Positions 50,758-63,887 of a DNA stretch of 64,000 nt are shown one piece after another; the stretch's first letter is position 1, and each line of letters starts with the position of its first letter. This DNA is from Lytechinus pictus. Taxonomy: Eukaryota. The DNA lies in assembly GCF_037042905.1 (NCBI RefSeq), contig NC_087252.1, positions 14,200,001 through 14,264,000 on the forward strand, given 5' to 3'. A program made the position numbers and the translations under genes. Under the pieces are notes generated by a model. It saw only the letters and a program-made list of their open reading frames with translations. It was not told where the DNA came from and ran no database searches.

Positions 50758-51172
50758 AGGCCACCGCACACCTTACGACTGTTCGCAATCCGATTTTGGA
50801 ACAAATCGCATTTTGCTTATTTTCTGAAAATGTGAATGGAACATATCATTTTATTTGAGGTTGAAATCAATTGAAAGAATACTAATATAACCATTTTGAA
50901 AGATTGCAAGCTTTTATTTTTTAGTAACGGCCAGATTAGTTTCAAATCGTAGTCAATCGTACGACTGCTATGACGTCATTACGACTAGATATTGAATTCC
51001 CTTTTATTATAAGGAGGATGATAGCATAGTCACAGATTTGAACATAGGTATTCGTATGATGATTTAGAACATTACACAGTAAGATATTCCAAGTCTCAAT
51101 ATTAGCATCAAATTCTACTTCATTTTATTCTGAAATCGAGTCGCCGACCAGTCGTAAGGTGTGCGGTCGCCT
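50758..51172. mobile_element. Harbinger-like MITE with TTA TSD
   Basis: TTA|AGGCCACCGCACACCTTACGACTG ... CAGTCGTAAGGTGTGCGGTCGCCT|TTA. Confidence 0.85.
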
Positions 51173-51473
51173 TTACTCTATGACAGGCTTAGCTTCTTGT
51201 GCTAATTATGATACACCACTTGCTCGTAGTGTGTTATCAAAGTAGGTCTGAATTTCTCGTAACCCTAGTCACATTTTGATACATAAGAAATGCTGCTTTC
51301 ATGTGCTTGATAAAACCAGGAAATTCGATCAACAAAGATCCTATTTCAATGTGCATCAGTCATGAATGACTTTGTGCAACGCCCACCACCCCCACCCACT
51401 TGCTTATTTATCACTATTATTGTGGACTACTTACAAAACTACAATTAATCCATATATTATTCCCTCATGTAGA

Positions 51474-51606
51474 CAGGGGCGTCGATCCATTTTTCAGATT
51501 GGGGGGGCAAAATCATGAATCAACTTTCCAAAGGCGCTCGATCACACAAAACAAACAGACTCAAACACACACACACACACATATGCCTATATGTTTATAT
51601 ATATAG

Positions 51607-51642
<36 letters not shown>

Positions 51643-52157
51643 TACATCTCACCAACAAATTAAATTTTAAAAAATTTAAAAAATAATAGATGCGAGCGCG
51701 AAGCGCGAGCTGAAAATTTTGATATTTTGATCTTAAAAAAAAAAGAGTTTAATTGACGTTTTTAATAAAGAACAAGAAATATATCCAACAAAAGATTATT
51801 GCAAATCGAAGTGGGAGTTCTTTTGAGGTATAGAACTGAAAACGGGACATTCTATTCACCTATTCAATCATGAAAAGTATGGGTTTTTGCTACAGAAATG
51901 ATGGGATCGCGAAGCGTGAGCTGAAATTTTTTTATATTCTAATCTGAAAACCGGACATTTTGAGCACGATTTTAGATGAAGAACGAGTTGTGTATCTCAT
52001 TCTCGCTTGCTGATTTCTGTGTAACATTACAATCTTATTTTATTTTTTGCACATGCGGAATTATTGGGGGGGCAAAACGATATGTTTGCCCCCCCCCCCA
52101 ATATTTTCATTGGTGGGGCGGTTGCCCCCCCCCTGCCCCCCATGATCGACGCCTCTG
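51474..52157. mobile_element. Non-autonomous hAT-type element
   Basis: CAGGGGCGTCGATC ... GATCGACGCCTCTG TIRs with perfect 8-bp TSD CATGTAGA (51466-51473, 52158-52165). GCGAAGCGCGAGC motifs and (CA)n/(TA)n inside. Confidence 0.92.
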
Positions 52158-54716
52158 CATGTAGATGTAGCACAAGACCAGTATTTGCGTGCAATACTAC
52201 TTCACAACATTGTCGTAGAAGTCAAATTAGTGTAAAAATTACATAATTGTGCCCCTCAGAAAGAATTCTTTCTACATTGGTGACACTTTACTTTTATATC
52301 GCAAGTTATTACTTTTTTGATGGTCCATGATGTCAACTCATTGCCTTTGCCAAGTCACAATATATTGATATTTTTGCACTGTAGCAAGTAGCAACCAATA
52401 CACTACTTATTACCTACTAAGATATTTTAATTCAAATCAAATTTTTGTTTGGATGGGTTTGACCTATAAACTCGTATTATGTTTTTGTTTTCAGAATCAA
52501 ATGTAAGGATTTGAGTTTGCAATTGATCATTGTTTGAAATGATCATAACTATATGGGATTTGTAAGTGCAACTTTCTTGCTAAAAAAACATTGTATTTGA
52601 TGACTTGTATATCTGATCAGACTCATGTATTTGTAGGTATAGGGCTAATGAATAAAAGTTTGCTGACATTTACAAGCAAGTTTCAACTCCCTCCAGCCGC
52701 CATATAAAGACAGGACATTTATTCATTTCTTATATTTATACAGGGTGGCATATATCACCAACTTGGTCATCCATGCAGCCCTGTTAAAAAAAAAAACATC
52801 AAAAGTTAATAATAGTAATCATAGGCAAGTAATAAACAAGATATAATACAGTAATTAACAATATGTACAGACAAAAGGAATGCAAACATGTTTTAAGAAA
52901 TATCATTGGCATCCTTGTGAATTAGGTTCAGTTGATAATAAATTTTGATGATTTGAATCAAATTAGTGAATTTGGATTTTGAATTTACAACATAAAATAA
53001 CATTGAAAGTATATAAAGCAAATTTGAACAAAATTTGAGCATCAGTTATATCTTCAGTAATTCTGCAGTCACATTTCCCTACAGCAAGTCAAAAACAGCT
53101 ATTTTATTCAAACCACCCCTGTATAACTGGTACAATAAAAAAAAATGTGAAAACGGCTGTTTTGGACTCGCCAACCGGCAACCGTAGGGGAAATGTGACG
53201 GGGGTATTAATAGTTGTGGTTTATATTGGTACTGTCTATATGATGTTCAAACCCAGTAGCCAATGTCATTCTCCAGTTTAAGATTAGGTTAGAACTTATG
53301 TACAGTTGTGCTCGAAAGTTTGTGAACCCCACCACAAAATGCACTCCTTCATGCCGAGTGTTGAATATAATATTTTATCACCTTACTTTGCAATTACATA
53401 TGAAAAACAAAACAGAACTTGAACACTTTGAATATGTGCAGTTTCTAGTGTATATTGACATACTGTATGTGGAATAAAGATTTCGATGTTATGGCAACAG
53501 AGAACAAAACAGCTAATAATTTTCTGGTTTGTGAAATCCTGTTCTTACTATTTTGGGGTTTTTTTTTCATTAAAGTTCAGGCTGGTATTGTTTTATTACT
53601 GTCTAATCATGTGACTGAAATCAACATTCTGTATTGACACAACTAATGTAGGAAGTTTTCAGTGATTGCTTTGAAAATGGAATCACTGGAAACAGATAAT
53701 TTATGTTGAAAAAAACCAAAACATTTTGTATGTGAATGTTAACAAGTTGAATGCAAATTTATAGCCTGAATGTATTCAATAGTTATGTAAGTCATCTTTA
53801 AAAAGTAAAATGCAAGTGTTTTGATAAATGTCTAAAAGGCAGAGAGGTCGGTGATACAAAGTATTGATGGGAGAAATATTTTTCTGATTTAATTTTACAA
53901 ATGTCATCTTGATTGATATGTCAAACTTTCCTCAGAAAATGTGTCAATTGAAATATGTGGAGTAATTCAAGGGTAATGATTGACTCCTGCATTTGCATGC
54001 ATGAGTATGTGTATTTTGTAAAATGTATGTAATGCAAGTGATACCAGTATTACCTGCTGCGTTTCCTGCAACATTGCGCTGATAATACAGTATCGTTAGA
54101 AAAGAAAAGCCCCATAAAAATGATAATTGCAGTGCTGAAAACATTCCAAATTATAGATCATTGAGAAAGTGGTGTTGGCTTGCTTGGATGTCTGGTGCTT
54201 CATATGCCATATTTATAGATTGTTATCAGTGCCATTTCTTCTTTTCTTACAATTTACTTCTAGGACCTACCTGTAAATTTCATATTAGTGAGGTATTTGA
54301 AATAATCAAATTTGGATTACTGAAAGAAACAACTCACTTGTTTCATGTGTATGAAAATCATGTTAAATTCAGATGTGCTATTCTGAAATTATAAATTCCT
54401 GTTATGTGTATTTTAAAAAAGGGAGGGAAAAAAATTAGAGAGAGAAACCTGTATCTTGTCGTAATGTTGGTCACATGTGTTGTAGAATATATGTAGGTGC
54501 GAAATATACATGTATGGACTGTGTAAATGATATGCAAATTTATGCAAAAATTATCTGAGTTTTCATGAGGGAAAGAAGCAATTTGAATTGTATATGTTGC
54601 TGAATGTGAGAAGGATCAATGTGATGTCTGTATAATACACAACTGCTAAATGAAGAAAATTCTGAAATGTTGTCCTTGCTTGTCTTTCTTTATAGTGTGA
54701 TTATCAGTATGCCTCT

Positions 54717-55196
54717 GGGAAGCATTTCATCAACATTTTGTTGTCTGCCCAGGGGCCCGTAACGCAAAGCTTAGCGATGATCGTGGAATATATTTCTCCG
54801 ATTGATTGCATCGACTGCAGTGTACAATTAATCATGAAAATCAAGCGTATGATTAATTGCTAACCCTTGTGGTACGGGACCCAGGACTCTGTAACACAAA
54901 GATTAGCAATCGATCGCTAAATGGACAGGCCAATCAAAATCAATATTACATATGCGTTTAGTTCAAAATACGGACCAGGAACCAATCAGAAGTGTTCTTT
55001 CATATTTGCTATTCATTGTTTAGCTTTGTGTTACGGGGCACAGAGCATTCGTGCAAGGACTCGTCAGATGTTTATCCAGCAAAATCCCTTGTACCAGACA
55101 GTGTTCATAGTAACTGTGCTTCTCAGCCAATCAAAATCAAAGAAAGTTGTCAGATCTAACAACCTTCGGACATTAAATGTTGATGAAATGCTCTCC
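54717..55196. mobile_element. Nested MITE cluster: an outer MITE with two adjacent CAG-flanked MITEs inside (54753-54881, 54885-55040)
   Basis: Outer TIR AGCATTTCATCAACATT / AATGTTGATGAAATGCT. CAG at 54750, 54882 and 55041 delimits the inner elements. Confidence 0.75.
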
Positions 55197-55609
55197 AATT
55201 ATTTGATCTTACCACTTCTTGTTTTGATTTGGTTGAGAAGCACTGTTACTATCATGTTAACTAAACTGGGTTCCTAAAGAAACTTCTCAAACTTTACAAG
55301 GGCACTGCACAAATTCCACTCGGTCAAAAGGAACAATATTTTTATTCATGCTAGCTTTAATAATCTTTACTCAGCACACGTCAATTTAAAGATTGGTTCA
55401 ATCACAGAGAGGCTATAGCCCCTCACATCGATTGGTTTCAGAATCCAAAGTCACAAAAATGGCAAAAGGAAGACCAATGAAAATGAGATGGGATTAATTA
55501 AACTTTCCATTTTATTACACATTTCCTACAAGGCCATGTTTTAGTGATTGGCTCAAGCACAACGAAGCTACAGGAAGTTGAAATCAAAGATTTAAGTGAC
55601 TGGAACAAT

Positions 55610-56307
55610 CCAACACCCACACAAACTTCAAACCCAAATCTGTTACCAACACCTCGAGCCCCACCATTCTAACCCACACTCTTAATCCGCAGTTACCATC
55701 CATATGTCTCCAAGCCTCACGTCTCGGCCAAATCTCCCAGCCCACACTTCTCTAACCCACACTTAAAATCCACAGCACCCACCCACACTTCTAACCTACA
55801 AATGTAATCTACAGATCCCATCCATACTATACCAAATATCTCACCTACCCGCATATTTTACCCACACCTCTCAATACCCCGATTCTCTTACCCACCCTTT
55901 TAACCCTCATCTCTAGTCCACACTTTTGATTTGCAGCTGCCATCCACACTACCCAGCCAAATCTCTCAGCCCACATTTCTAACCCACACCTCTTACTCTC
56001 ACTGCGGCTTAAATCCTCTGCTTCCATCCACTCTTCTTGGCCAAAGCCCCCCCACACTTCTAACCCACAGTTATCACATACACTTCACAAACCACATCTC
56101 TGACCTACACGTCTTATTCAAACCACATCTATGACCTCACACCTACCCTCCACACAGTTCAAACTACTATGACATGCCCATATGTTTATCCTATATTTTG
56201 CACCCACACTTTTTACACTTTCATTAAACATCACTAAACACACCTGCCCACATATATGATTCACAATATCGTAATCCACATCCCAACCCAAAATTCTATT
56301 GACATAT
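55610..56307. repeat. C/A-rich degenerate satellite, left part
   Basis: CTAACCCACAC / AATCCACAGCTCCCA motifs. The unique block CTACCCTCCACACAGTT.AAACTACTATGACA is shared with 61816. Confidence 0.8.
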
Positions 56308-57239
56308 GTGGGCCATCCTGGGAAAATGGGTATTATAGGTGAAATTTTGGATTTTGGTTTTTTTATGTTTTCTGGTACATGGACACATGTACAATGTGTA
56401 TACAAAATATTAGAGTCTAATTCATATTTAAATTAGAGATATGGCCAATTGAATCAGGGGTACCCCCCCCCCCCCCCTCCCTGCCTGGCTGTATGGGTCG
56501 TCATGGTAGTCGGGCTTATTATTCATCTTTTCATGATAGGGAAATGTTGGTTCTTTTGTAACGCCCAACATACCTGGCATAGGCGAGGTGATCTTTTGTA
56601 GTGCAGACATAATTTTTATATATACACAGCTAGGCGAATACAATAAAACAAATTATTCTACATATTCAACCGCACCCACACTAGAACCCACACCCACACA
56701 CTCACATTACATGCAAAAAAACCTTATGGAGACTATTTGTCATACTATATATAGTTCGTCATAGCGCGTAGTTTTAACATGAGAGGAGGTTCCCAGATCC
56801 AATGACCAGGGGAAGATGGGGTTGGGTTATTCATCAGATTTTTTGTTGTTGGGGGGGGGGGGGAGGGGCAGCTTATCATTTTTTTGGGGGTGCCCACCCC
56901 CACAGGCGCCGCAGAACATTTTTTTGAAAATGGGAGGGGCTGTCCATGCAAAAATAAAATCACAATCAAATGGTAATTTTTTACATGTTTATACATGCGT
57001 TCTGGGGAAAAAAAGTGGGGCCAAAGCCCCTGCCCACCTCCATCCTAGATTTGTCCCTGCCCTTAACCCCCCCCCCCAAAAAAAAAAAAAAAAAAAAAAA
57101 AAAAACATGCTGTTTGTCCATACTTCACTTTCTCGCAAAGTAAAATCTAAAAAAAAATCATGCTTAAGCTTTGGAAAATAACCACAAACAAAATTCAATT
57201 TTGCAAAACCAAGTTTTTTCGGTGGCAATACACAATAGT

Positions 57240-60200
57240 GAAAAGCTGATGCGAGCTACATTTCATAAAGATTTAATATGACAGCAACTCTTGATGAAAT
57301 ATCAACTTTCATTGAACTAGCGAATCAGGAAGCAGAAGGTTCACTGTTTTCATGGTAGTTTTCATTCGAGCAAGGGATCATACCCATATTTAATGAAATG
57401 GGCCACATTTGGTTTCTTTTTAGGGATGGGGTAGTCATGAAAATATATTTCACAAATTGCTGCCAAATTATCTGGATCACTGAAGGATTTTTTTTAGGTC
57501 ACTTCGTTTGAAAAGAAGAATAAAACTGTGCATAAAAACTTGGCTCCACATATTAATACGACAGGTATTATAACTAACAAATACTCACAAATACATCTTT
57601 TCTCTGCTACACTCTGTACACGTGTGTAATGATATGCGTTGTAAACATCTTATGCTTGAATAAAAAAATAATATCAGAGTTTAATTCTTGATATGGAAGA
57701 GACTACATACATTTACTCTCTTCTATGCAGCAGTATTAGCAAAACTCAGGAATGTGCATCGCTCTCCACTGTCCAAATTTGCACTAAAAATGATATAAAA
57801 CACGATAATCTCTCCTTAGTGTGTGTGTTTAACATTATCACAAACTTCTCAATACAGCAGCAAACTTACCACATTTCAATTTTCTACAATGACATCCTTA
57901 ATTAGCAAACGTTACAAATTAAGTTTAATTTTTTTAATCGAAAAACTTCAGAGTTTGTTCATTCAAAGTAAAACATGTATTCATTGTTCAATTTGCTCTC
58001 CTACAGGGGAGGCAGCGAGGTGCCTTGTCCTCATCTAAGATCTTTCCATATATCATATTCCCTCTATTTGGAAAATCCAGTTGATAGCTTATCTGGGAGT
58101 ATCTGAGAGACTATGTCAGCAGGGTTCACCAAAGGGGATAATTTTCTTCCTCTGCATTGTTTGCTTTCTTCATGTTCCAGTCTTAAAAATGCCACGTTCC
58201 GATGACTCAAATCTACATGTTTGATGAATGCAATTGAAAAGTTCACCGATATTAATGTGTTATAAAAACAGTCACATTACACTCTCATTTCTTCATGATT
58301 CATGGACATTTATCAACAACATGATATTTAAAATACATTAACTTTTCACTTTTTGGCTTTATGTAAATGTTACTTGTATTTCTAATAAAGGTGGAAGTAC
58401 TCCCTGATGTCATATTTTTCTACCAAAAATAATAAGATTTAACTATTGTTGGGTAAAAAAATCCCTCCAAAATTCATGAGATGTTCATATTTAAATGTTT
58501 AATTTGATCACTTGCAAAGAGCTTTCTCTGCATGAGCCTTTATCAAAATTCTATTTTTTTTTCATTTTCTATTGTTTTTATCATTTAATATATATTTTTT
58601 TTGTCTATAATTCTAGATTTCATCTACTAATAGTGGTAAAATAAATTTTAAAACAATATCTTATAAAACGGCAATTAATTCGTGGAAAAATCGGTTACAA
58701 CTGACATGATAAAGTCAAAACTGACACACTATTTCCATATATAATATGGATAAAGCATGGAAAGCTACCTGAAGCTGTGGTAATGGTGAATCCCAAATCA
58801 GAGTCTTAAAGTACTTCTTGAAGGGCTGCTGTCAGCTGTATGTTGGTTCTGAGATGTCTTGTCCTCACTGCACTAATACAGTTGCTCTGTAGATCCCGTG
58901 CCTTTAACATGTTTAACACAACGAAAGAAAACAAGGGCAATTAGTTAACAAATTTTCAGAGTTAAAGTTTATTTAAAAAAAAAACACTACTTAAGAAAAA
59001 AAACTTAAAAAAAAACAATTAAAACTATAATTTTTTTATTTTCAAAAATATGTCTTTTCATTTTTTAAAAATAATATTGAATGATTTTGTGTAGAAAGTT
59101 AGCGAACCTCATGTAATGTAGCTCGACCAGATTGTAGAAAAAATAAGAAATACCCCCCACACCCGCCCCCAAAATATATTGTTATTTTTGAATAAATTTC
59201 TTATAAATTGTGACAATCTGTTTTCTAGTTATACATGTTATAATTTCGATATCATTTGCACAGCTTTGGTGAAGCTCATACCAAATAGACCCCACCCCCT
59301 CCGAAAAAAAAAACAAATTTGAAATCAGAAGTCCGACAAATAAGAATTTGTTAGAAGAGGGGATTTGAAAAATGTCCATAATTAACCGATTTAAAAGGGT
59401 ACTCCGAGCTGAAAATAATTTCATAAAATGTAAGCAAATGCTGCAAATTTCATCAAAATCTGATAACAACTAGATCTAAAAGGGTTTTTCATGCATTATA
59501 AAAACAGTTATATGCACGTCTTAATAAATATTCGTTAGATGGGCTGATGATGACACCCCACTTTAACTTTTCTTATAACAAAACATGAAATCATACTTAT
59601 TTTATTTGGTCATACGTGTGTGAATGATATGTCACCTTTTTGCATTAATTAATATCTAGTCTTGGAGGGGGGGGGGGGGATAGAACAAACATAATTTCAT
59701 GTAACAAGGTGAGACATCTTTGCATCAGTTTGTCAAGTTAATTCATAAAAACATGCATAGAACTGTTTCACCGAAATCCATATCTTTATAAATTATCATA
59801 GCTCTTTTACTCCTTGTCCAATTTTGATTTTTTTATATACATTTTTTACAAACTTGTTGCATGTGATAGATTTAACTTAAATGGTTACAAGTATATAACG
59901 AAGGCCTATCTAAGTACGTGCAGATCTAGATCTAGTTGATAGCCTAGGCATACATAAGTTAGATCTTAAAAAGGCCGTCCAAGTCCCGGACAAATACCGC
60001 GAATCGCTGCAGCAGTCGCATGTAATTTGACGTTTAAAGTCGTTCCTAAAAAAGCTCTCTCTCGATCGATCCACATAAACACGCAACACAAAATTCACAT
60101 TCACGTGTTTAGTTGCCATGTTCCTCGCATCGCAATTATCAATGAATTTAACAAAACAACTCAATCTGCAACATAATTTAACTTACCTTCATGGATTTCA

Positions 60201-60290
60201 GCCAAGGGAATTAAATTCAATCAACATGTATCCGAACCCGCCACCAAATATATCGAGCCGATATCCACAGTTCTGAAAAATAAAAATGCG
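57240..60290 (-). pseudogene. Decayed or non-coding spliced transcription unit inside the 4.1-kb insertion
   Basis: Exon-like blocks ending at 60187, 58901-58769, from 58212, 57783-57711 and near 57500, with GT/AG signals. All frames of 58901-58769 contain stops. Confidence 0.4.
59391..59880. mobile_element. Decayed TTAA-type MITE related to the 36239 and 8606 elements
   Basis: TTAAAAGGGTACTCCGAGCTGAAAA...AAATTTCATCAAAATCTGATAACAA and GGGCTGATGATG motifs. Right end degenerate. Confidence 0.6.
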
Positions 60291-60440
60291 CCTGACATTT
60301 TTTTTTATTTCCCGCGGGTTGTTTGTTTTGTTTTTCCTCGCGACGCGCGCCAGACAAAAGTTTGATGACACGCGTATTTAAATGACGTCCTAGCGCATTT
60401 ATTGACTCTCACCAATAGTCTGGTTTTTGCGCGACGCCAC
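59960..60440 (-). promoter_or_regulatory. CpG-rich promoter-like region with a minus-strand first-exon donor (AAG|gtaagt at 60187/60186)
   Basis: Local CpG enrichment (CGCGACGCGCGCC), CCAAT near 60412, CRE-like TGACGTC at 60383 and a consensus donor. Confidence 0.5.
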
Positions 60441-62030
60441 ACATATCCAGTTCATACTTTTCCCTTCACCTAATTTCTCCATGTTTTTTACTACTTCTCA
60501 ACTACATGTCTCAATGTATTCATTTATATTATTCATGAATAAACTCCAGATGAATTCCATAATCTACACTTTTAATCTCCAGTTCCAACCCACACTTACA
60601 ACATACACATAGAATCTACAGCTTCCATCTATACTTTACCAAATATCCCACCCACCTACACCGCCGTACTTTACCAACTATCCCGCCCTACACCTCCAAT
60701 CCCACATCTCTAACGCGTTTAATTTAGTTCCAATCTATAGTACTCAGCAAAATTTCTCACATTTCTAATCCACACTTCTAACCAATAGCTCCCATCTATA
60801 CTACTCAGCAAAATCTTCCACTCACATCTTCTTATCCACACCTACTCCTGATTTCTAATCCACATCTCCCATTCATTCTTCTAGGCCAAATCTCACACTC
60901 ACACTTCTAAACCACACTTTTAATCCACAGGTCCCATTGATACTATTCAGCAGAATCTCTCATCCACACTCCTTACCCATGCTTTTAACCAACAGCTCCC
61001 ATCTGTACTAAGCAAAATCTCTCACCCACACTCTTAACCCACATTTTTAATGCACAGCTCCCATCCATACTACTATATAAACTATCCCACCCACATCTGT
61101 TACCCCTTACCTGTGAATCCACACATCCATCCCACACTCAGCATAATCTCTCACCCACACTCCTAACCCACACTTTTAACCAACAGCTAGAGTCTATACT
61201 ATTTAGCAAAATCTCTCACCCTCACTCCTAACCCACACTTTTAATCCACAGCTCCCATCTATACCACTTAGCAAATCTCCAACCCACACTACTAACCCAC
61301 ATATATAACCCACATTGTTGATCGACAACTACCATCTATACTTCTTGGTTAAGCTCTCACACACTTTAAATCTACAGCTCCCATCCACAAGACAATACCA
61401 AATATCCTATTCACATCCGATACCCATATCTCCAACCCTACCCTTCCTCCCCACACGTTTAAAATGTCTAACCCACACTTCTAATCCAAACTTTTTAATC
61501 CCCAGTTCCCACCCACTTCTAACATACACATTTAATCTACAGCTCCCAACCACCTACAGCTCCGTGCTTTACAAAATATCCCACCCACCTACACCTCCGA
61601 TTTCAAACGATCTCTAACCATACTTTTAACAGATCAATCAATACCTCTCGGCTAGAGCTCCCACCCACACTTCTAACCTACGATTTGTATCAACAGCTCC
61701 CATCTATATTACTAAGACAAATCTCCCACTAACATCTCTTGAAACACTCTTCCGACCCACATCTCTTACCTACACCTCTTTCCCAAACCAATGAACCACA
61801 CCTGCGACTTCGCATCTACCCTCCACACAGTTTAAACTACTATGACACACCCATATGTCTATCCAATATCTTGCACCCACACTAATCAAACATCCTCCAA
61901 CACCTTTGCCAACATATCCTATTATTCACAATTGTAATTCACATCCCCAATCTCAAATTCCATAAACATAATCCAGTTCACACTTTAACTGCACATCTCC
62001 AAATCACTCATTAACAAAACATCTCAATCT
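60441..62030. repeat. C/A-rich degenerate satellite, right part
   Basis: Repeated AAAATCTCTCACCCACACTCCTAACCCACACTTTTAATCCACAGCTCCCATCTATACTA-like units of about 55-60 bp. Confidence 0.85.
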
Positions 62031-62259
62031 CTTTTCCTAAACCTGAACCACATGTCACTACATTCATTCAAATGAATGAAATAATTATAACAGTACCCTA
62101 TTTAGATTCTTATTCATTCATTTATTGATCCATATCAAAAACAAAATATTGCACTACATACATACATAAAATGTGTATATGAATAAACTCTTTAAGAAAA
62201 ATTCCATGCTTTCAAAACATTGTAAGAAAATATTAATAAACTTGTATTACAATACAAAT

Positions 62260-62405
62260 ATAAATAATAATAAATAAATATACGATTTGTAAAGAGCACG
62301 TATCGACCTTGCTAGGTGCTCAAGGCGCTCCTATATTACCCCGGCTAAGCTAGTCTACCGATTCTGGTGCGCACAGCTTTTTGAGGAATTACTTCCTGCC
62401 GGTAA
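62260..62405 (-). mobile_element. SINE 3' fragment on the minus strand (similar fragment at about 50340-50485)
   Basis: AAGGCGCTCCTATATTACCCCGGCT...GGAATTACTTCCTGCCGGTA resembles the reverse complement of the 14233 SINE 3' part. Confidence 0.55.
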
Positions 62406-62683
62406 CCGGTATAAAGAGGATCGGTAAGACCCATTATAGATAAAGAATTAAAAAGTGGATGAAATGAATCAGACCTGAAAGCATGGCCTTGGGCTGTCGC
62501 GAGCAGTTCCAAATGCCCCATCCATATTCAATATTCTCTGCACATATCATTATTCATAACCAGTATGTCTAAATATGTTCATTCATTTTAATTGATTCAC
62601 TGATGTGAGGTAGACGTTCCTTGATGAATATCGGTTGGAGGGCAATAAAATCCTATACTTGTACTTACTAATTTTCAAGTTAG

Positions 62684-63887
62684 GTCATCAGGATGACACA
62701 TCATATCCCACATCATGCTCATCTAATGCCCAACTAAACATTCCAAGACAAGTAAGTGTGCTTCCAGTGTTTTTTTTTTTTTTTTTTTGGGGGGGGGGGT
62801 CGGGGGAAATATTGTAAACTGTAATAAACATTTTTGGCATATTATAGGGACATGGAAAATGTAGACAAATTCCTGTTTAAGGTCCAATAAATATTTGGGC
62901 ACTTTTTATCCATATTTGAGGTACCGAGATGGTTGGTAATATTCATACATAGATCTACATGTACCAGTATAGGGGTGTGATGGATTTCAACATAAAAACA
63001 AGTCAATTATTAAAGAGCACGATTTTAAATATGGGTAGTGGTCCAAGATATACATGTATCTTTATTTTTTAACAATGAATTTTGCAAAACTGCTGGAATT
63101 AGTATAAGATACATGTAGTATTACATGCACTGTAAGAGTTTAAAAAAAAAAATATTTCAAGTCAACCTTTAGCATGTTAATATTCGATACATTACTTTAT
63201 ATGAATTTTTAATATGTAAACTGACATATTTTACCGGTATGCCTCTGAAGTCCTATGATTTACAAATACAGATTTACCAGAGGGAATATATAATATTGAT
63301 TTGTTGGCATGCACGAACATAAGTTAAGCTTTTACTGGTTGAAGTTAATATTTTTATAAATGTTTTTACATTAATATGCGACTGTAACCCACTTACCGTC
63401 AGATCTGTTTCATGATGTTGATTGTAGTTTATTGTTTTATTTTCCCTTTAGCTCAACATATATGCAATGATTTACTAGAGGATACCCTGTAAATACCAGA
63501 GTACATTAACCCAGAAGAATTGAGAAGTGTGGGCGCGAGGCTGTTTTTCTTGGAATAAAATATCTTTACCACCACAAACCAGTCTGGACTTGGCTTTCTT
63601 TCAGTAGCATAGCATATTTTACGACTTGCAATGCTTTCACTTGAGAGGCAATGTACTTAGTTCTAAAAATATTCCATCTATTTTACTTTCAGGATTTGGT
63701 AGTTTGAAGGGAATGGAGTCCCAAGCAGTTTTTATCATAAAAGGAACAATGGTGCAACTTAGGACAGACCCATTTTACAATGACATCGAGTTTGGAAAGT
63801 CGGTCATCAGACTTGCAAATAAAATTGATGACAATTCAAGTCAATTGGAAGAAGCTGCTAAAGAAGTCTATCATAAGCAACATTGAG
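62684..63887 (+). pseudogene. Exon-like fragments with in-frame stops (62684-62751, from 63452, 63693-63887); unknown gene or pseudogene
   Basis: Good acceptors (ccctttag|, actttcag|) and donors (A|gtaagt, GAG|gtaaat). Translations look protein-like but are interrupted. Confidence 0.3.

Larger units (their letters stand above)
56308..60440. mobile_element. 4.1-kb insertion bounded by ACATAT direct repeats, family unresolved
   Basis: ACATAT|GTGGGCC ... GCCAC|ACATAT. Removing it restores continuity of the satellite, as judged from the intact copy at about 61945-61990. Confidence 0.65.

Noticed and set aside
47382..54700. Defined 3'UTR end / poly(A) site
   Set aside because: Several AATAAA hexamers are present and none can be singled out without RNA data.
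55610..62030. LTR retrotransposon with the C/A-rich blocks as LTRs
   Set aside because: The blocks are satellite-like and unequal in length, with no PBS/PPT or gag-pol remnants. An insertion into a pre-existing satellite explains the junctions better.
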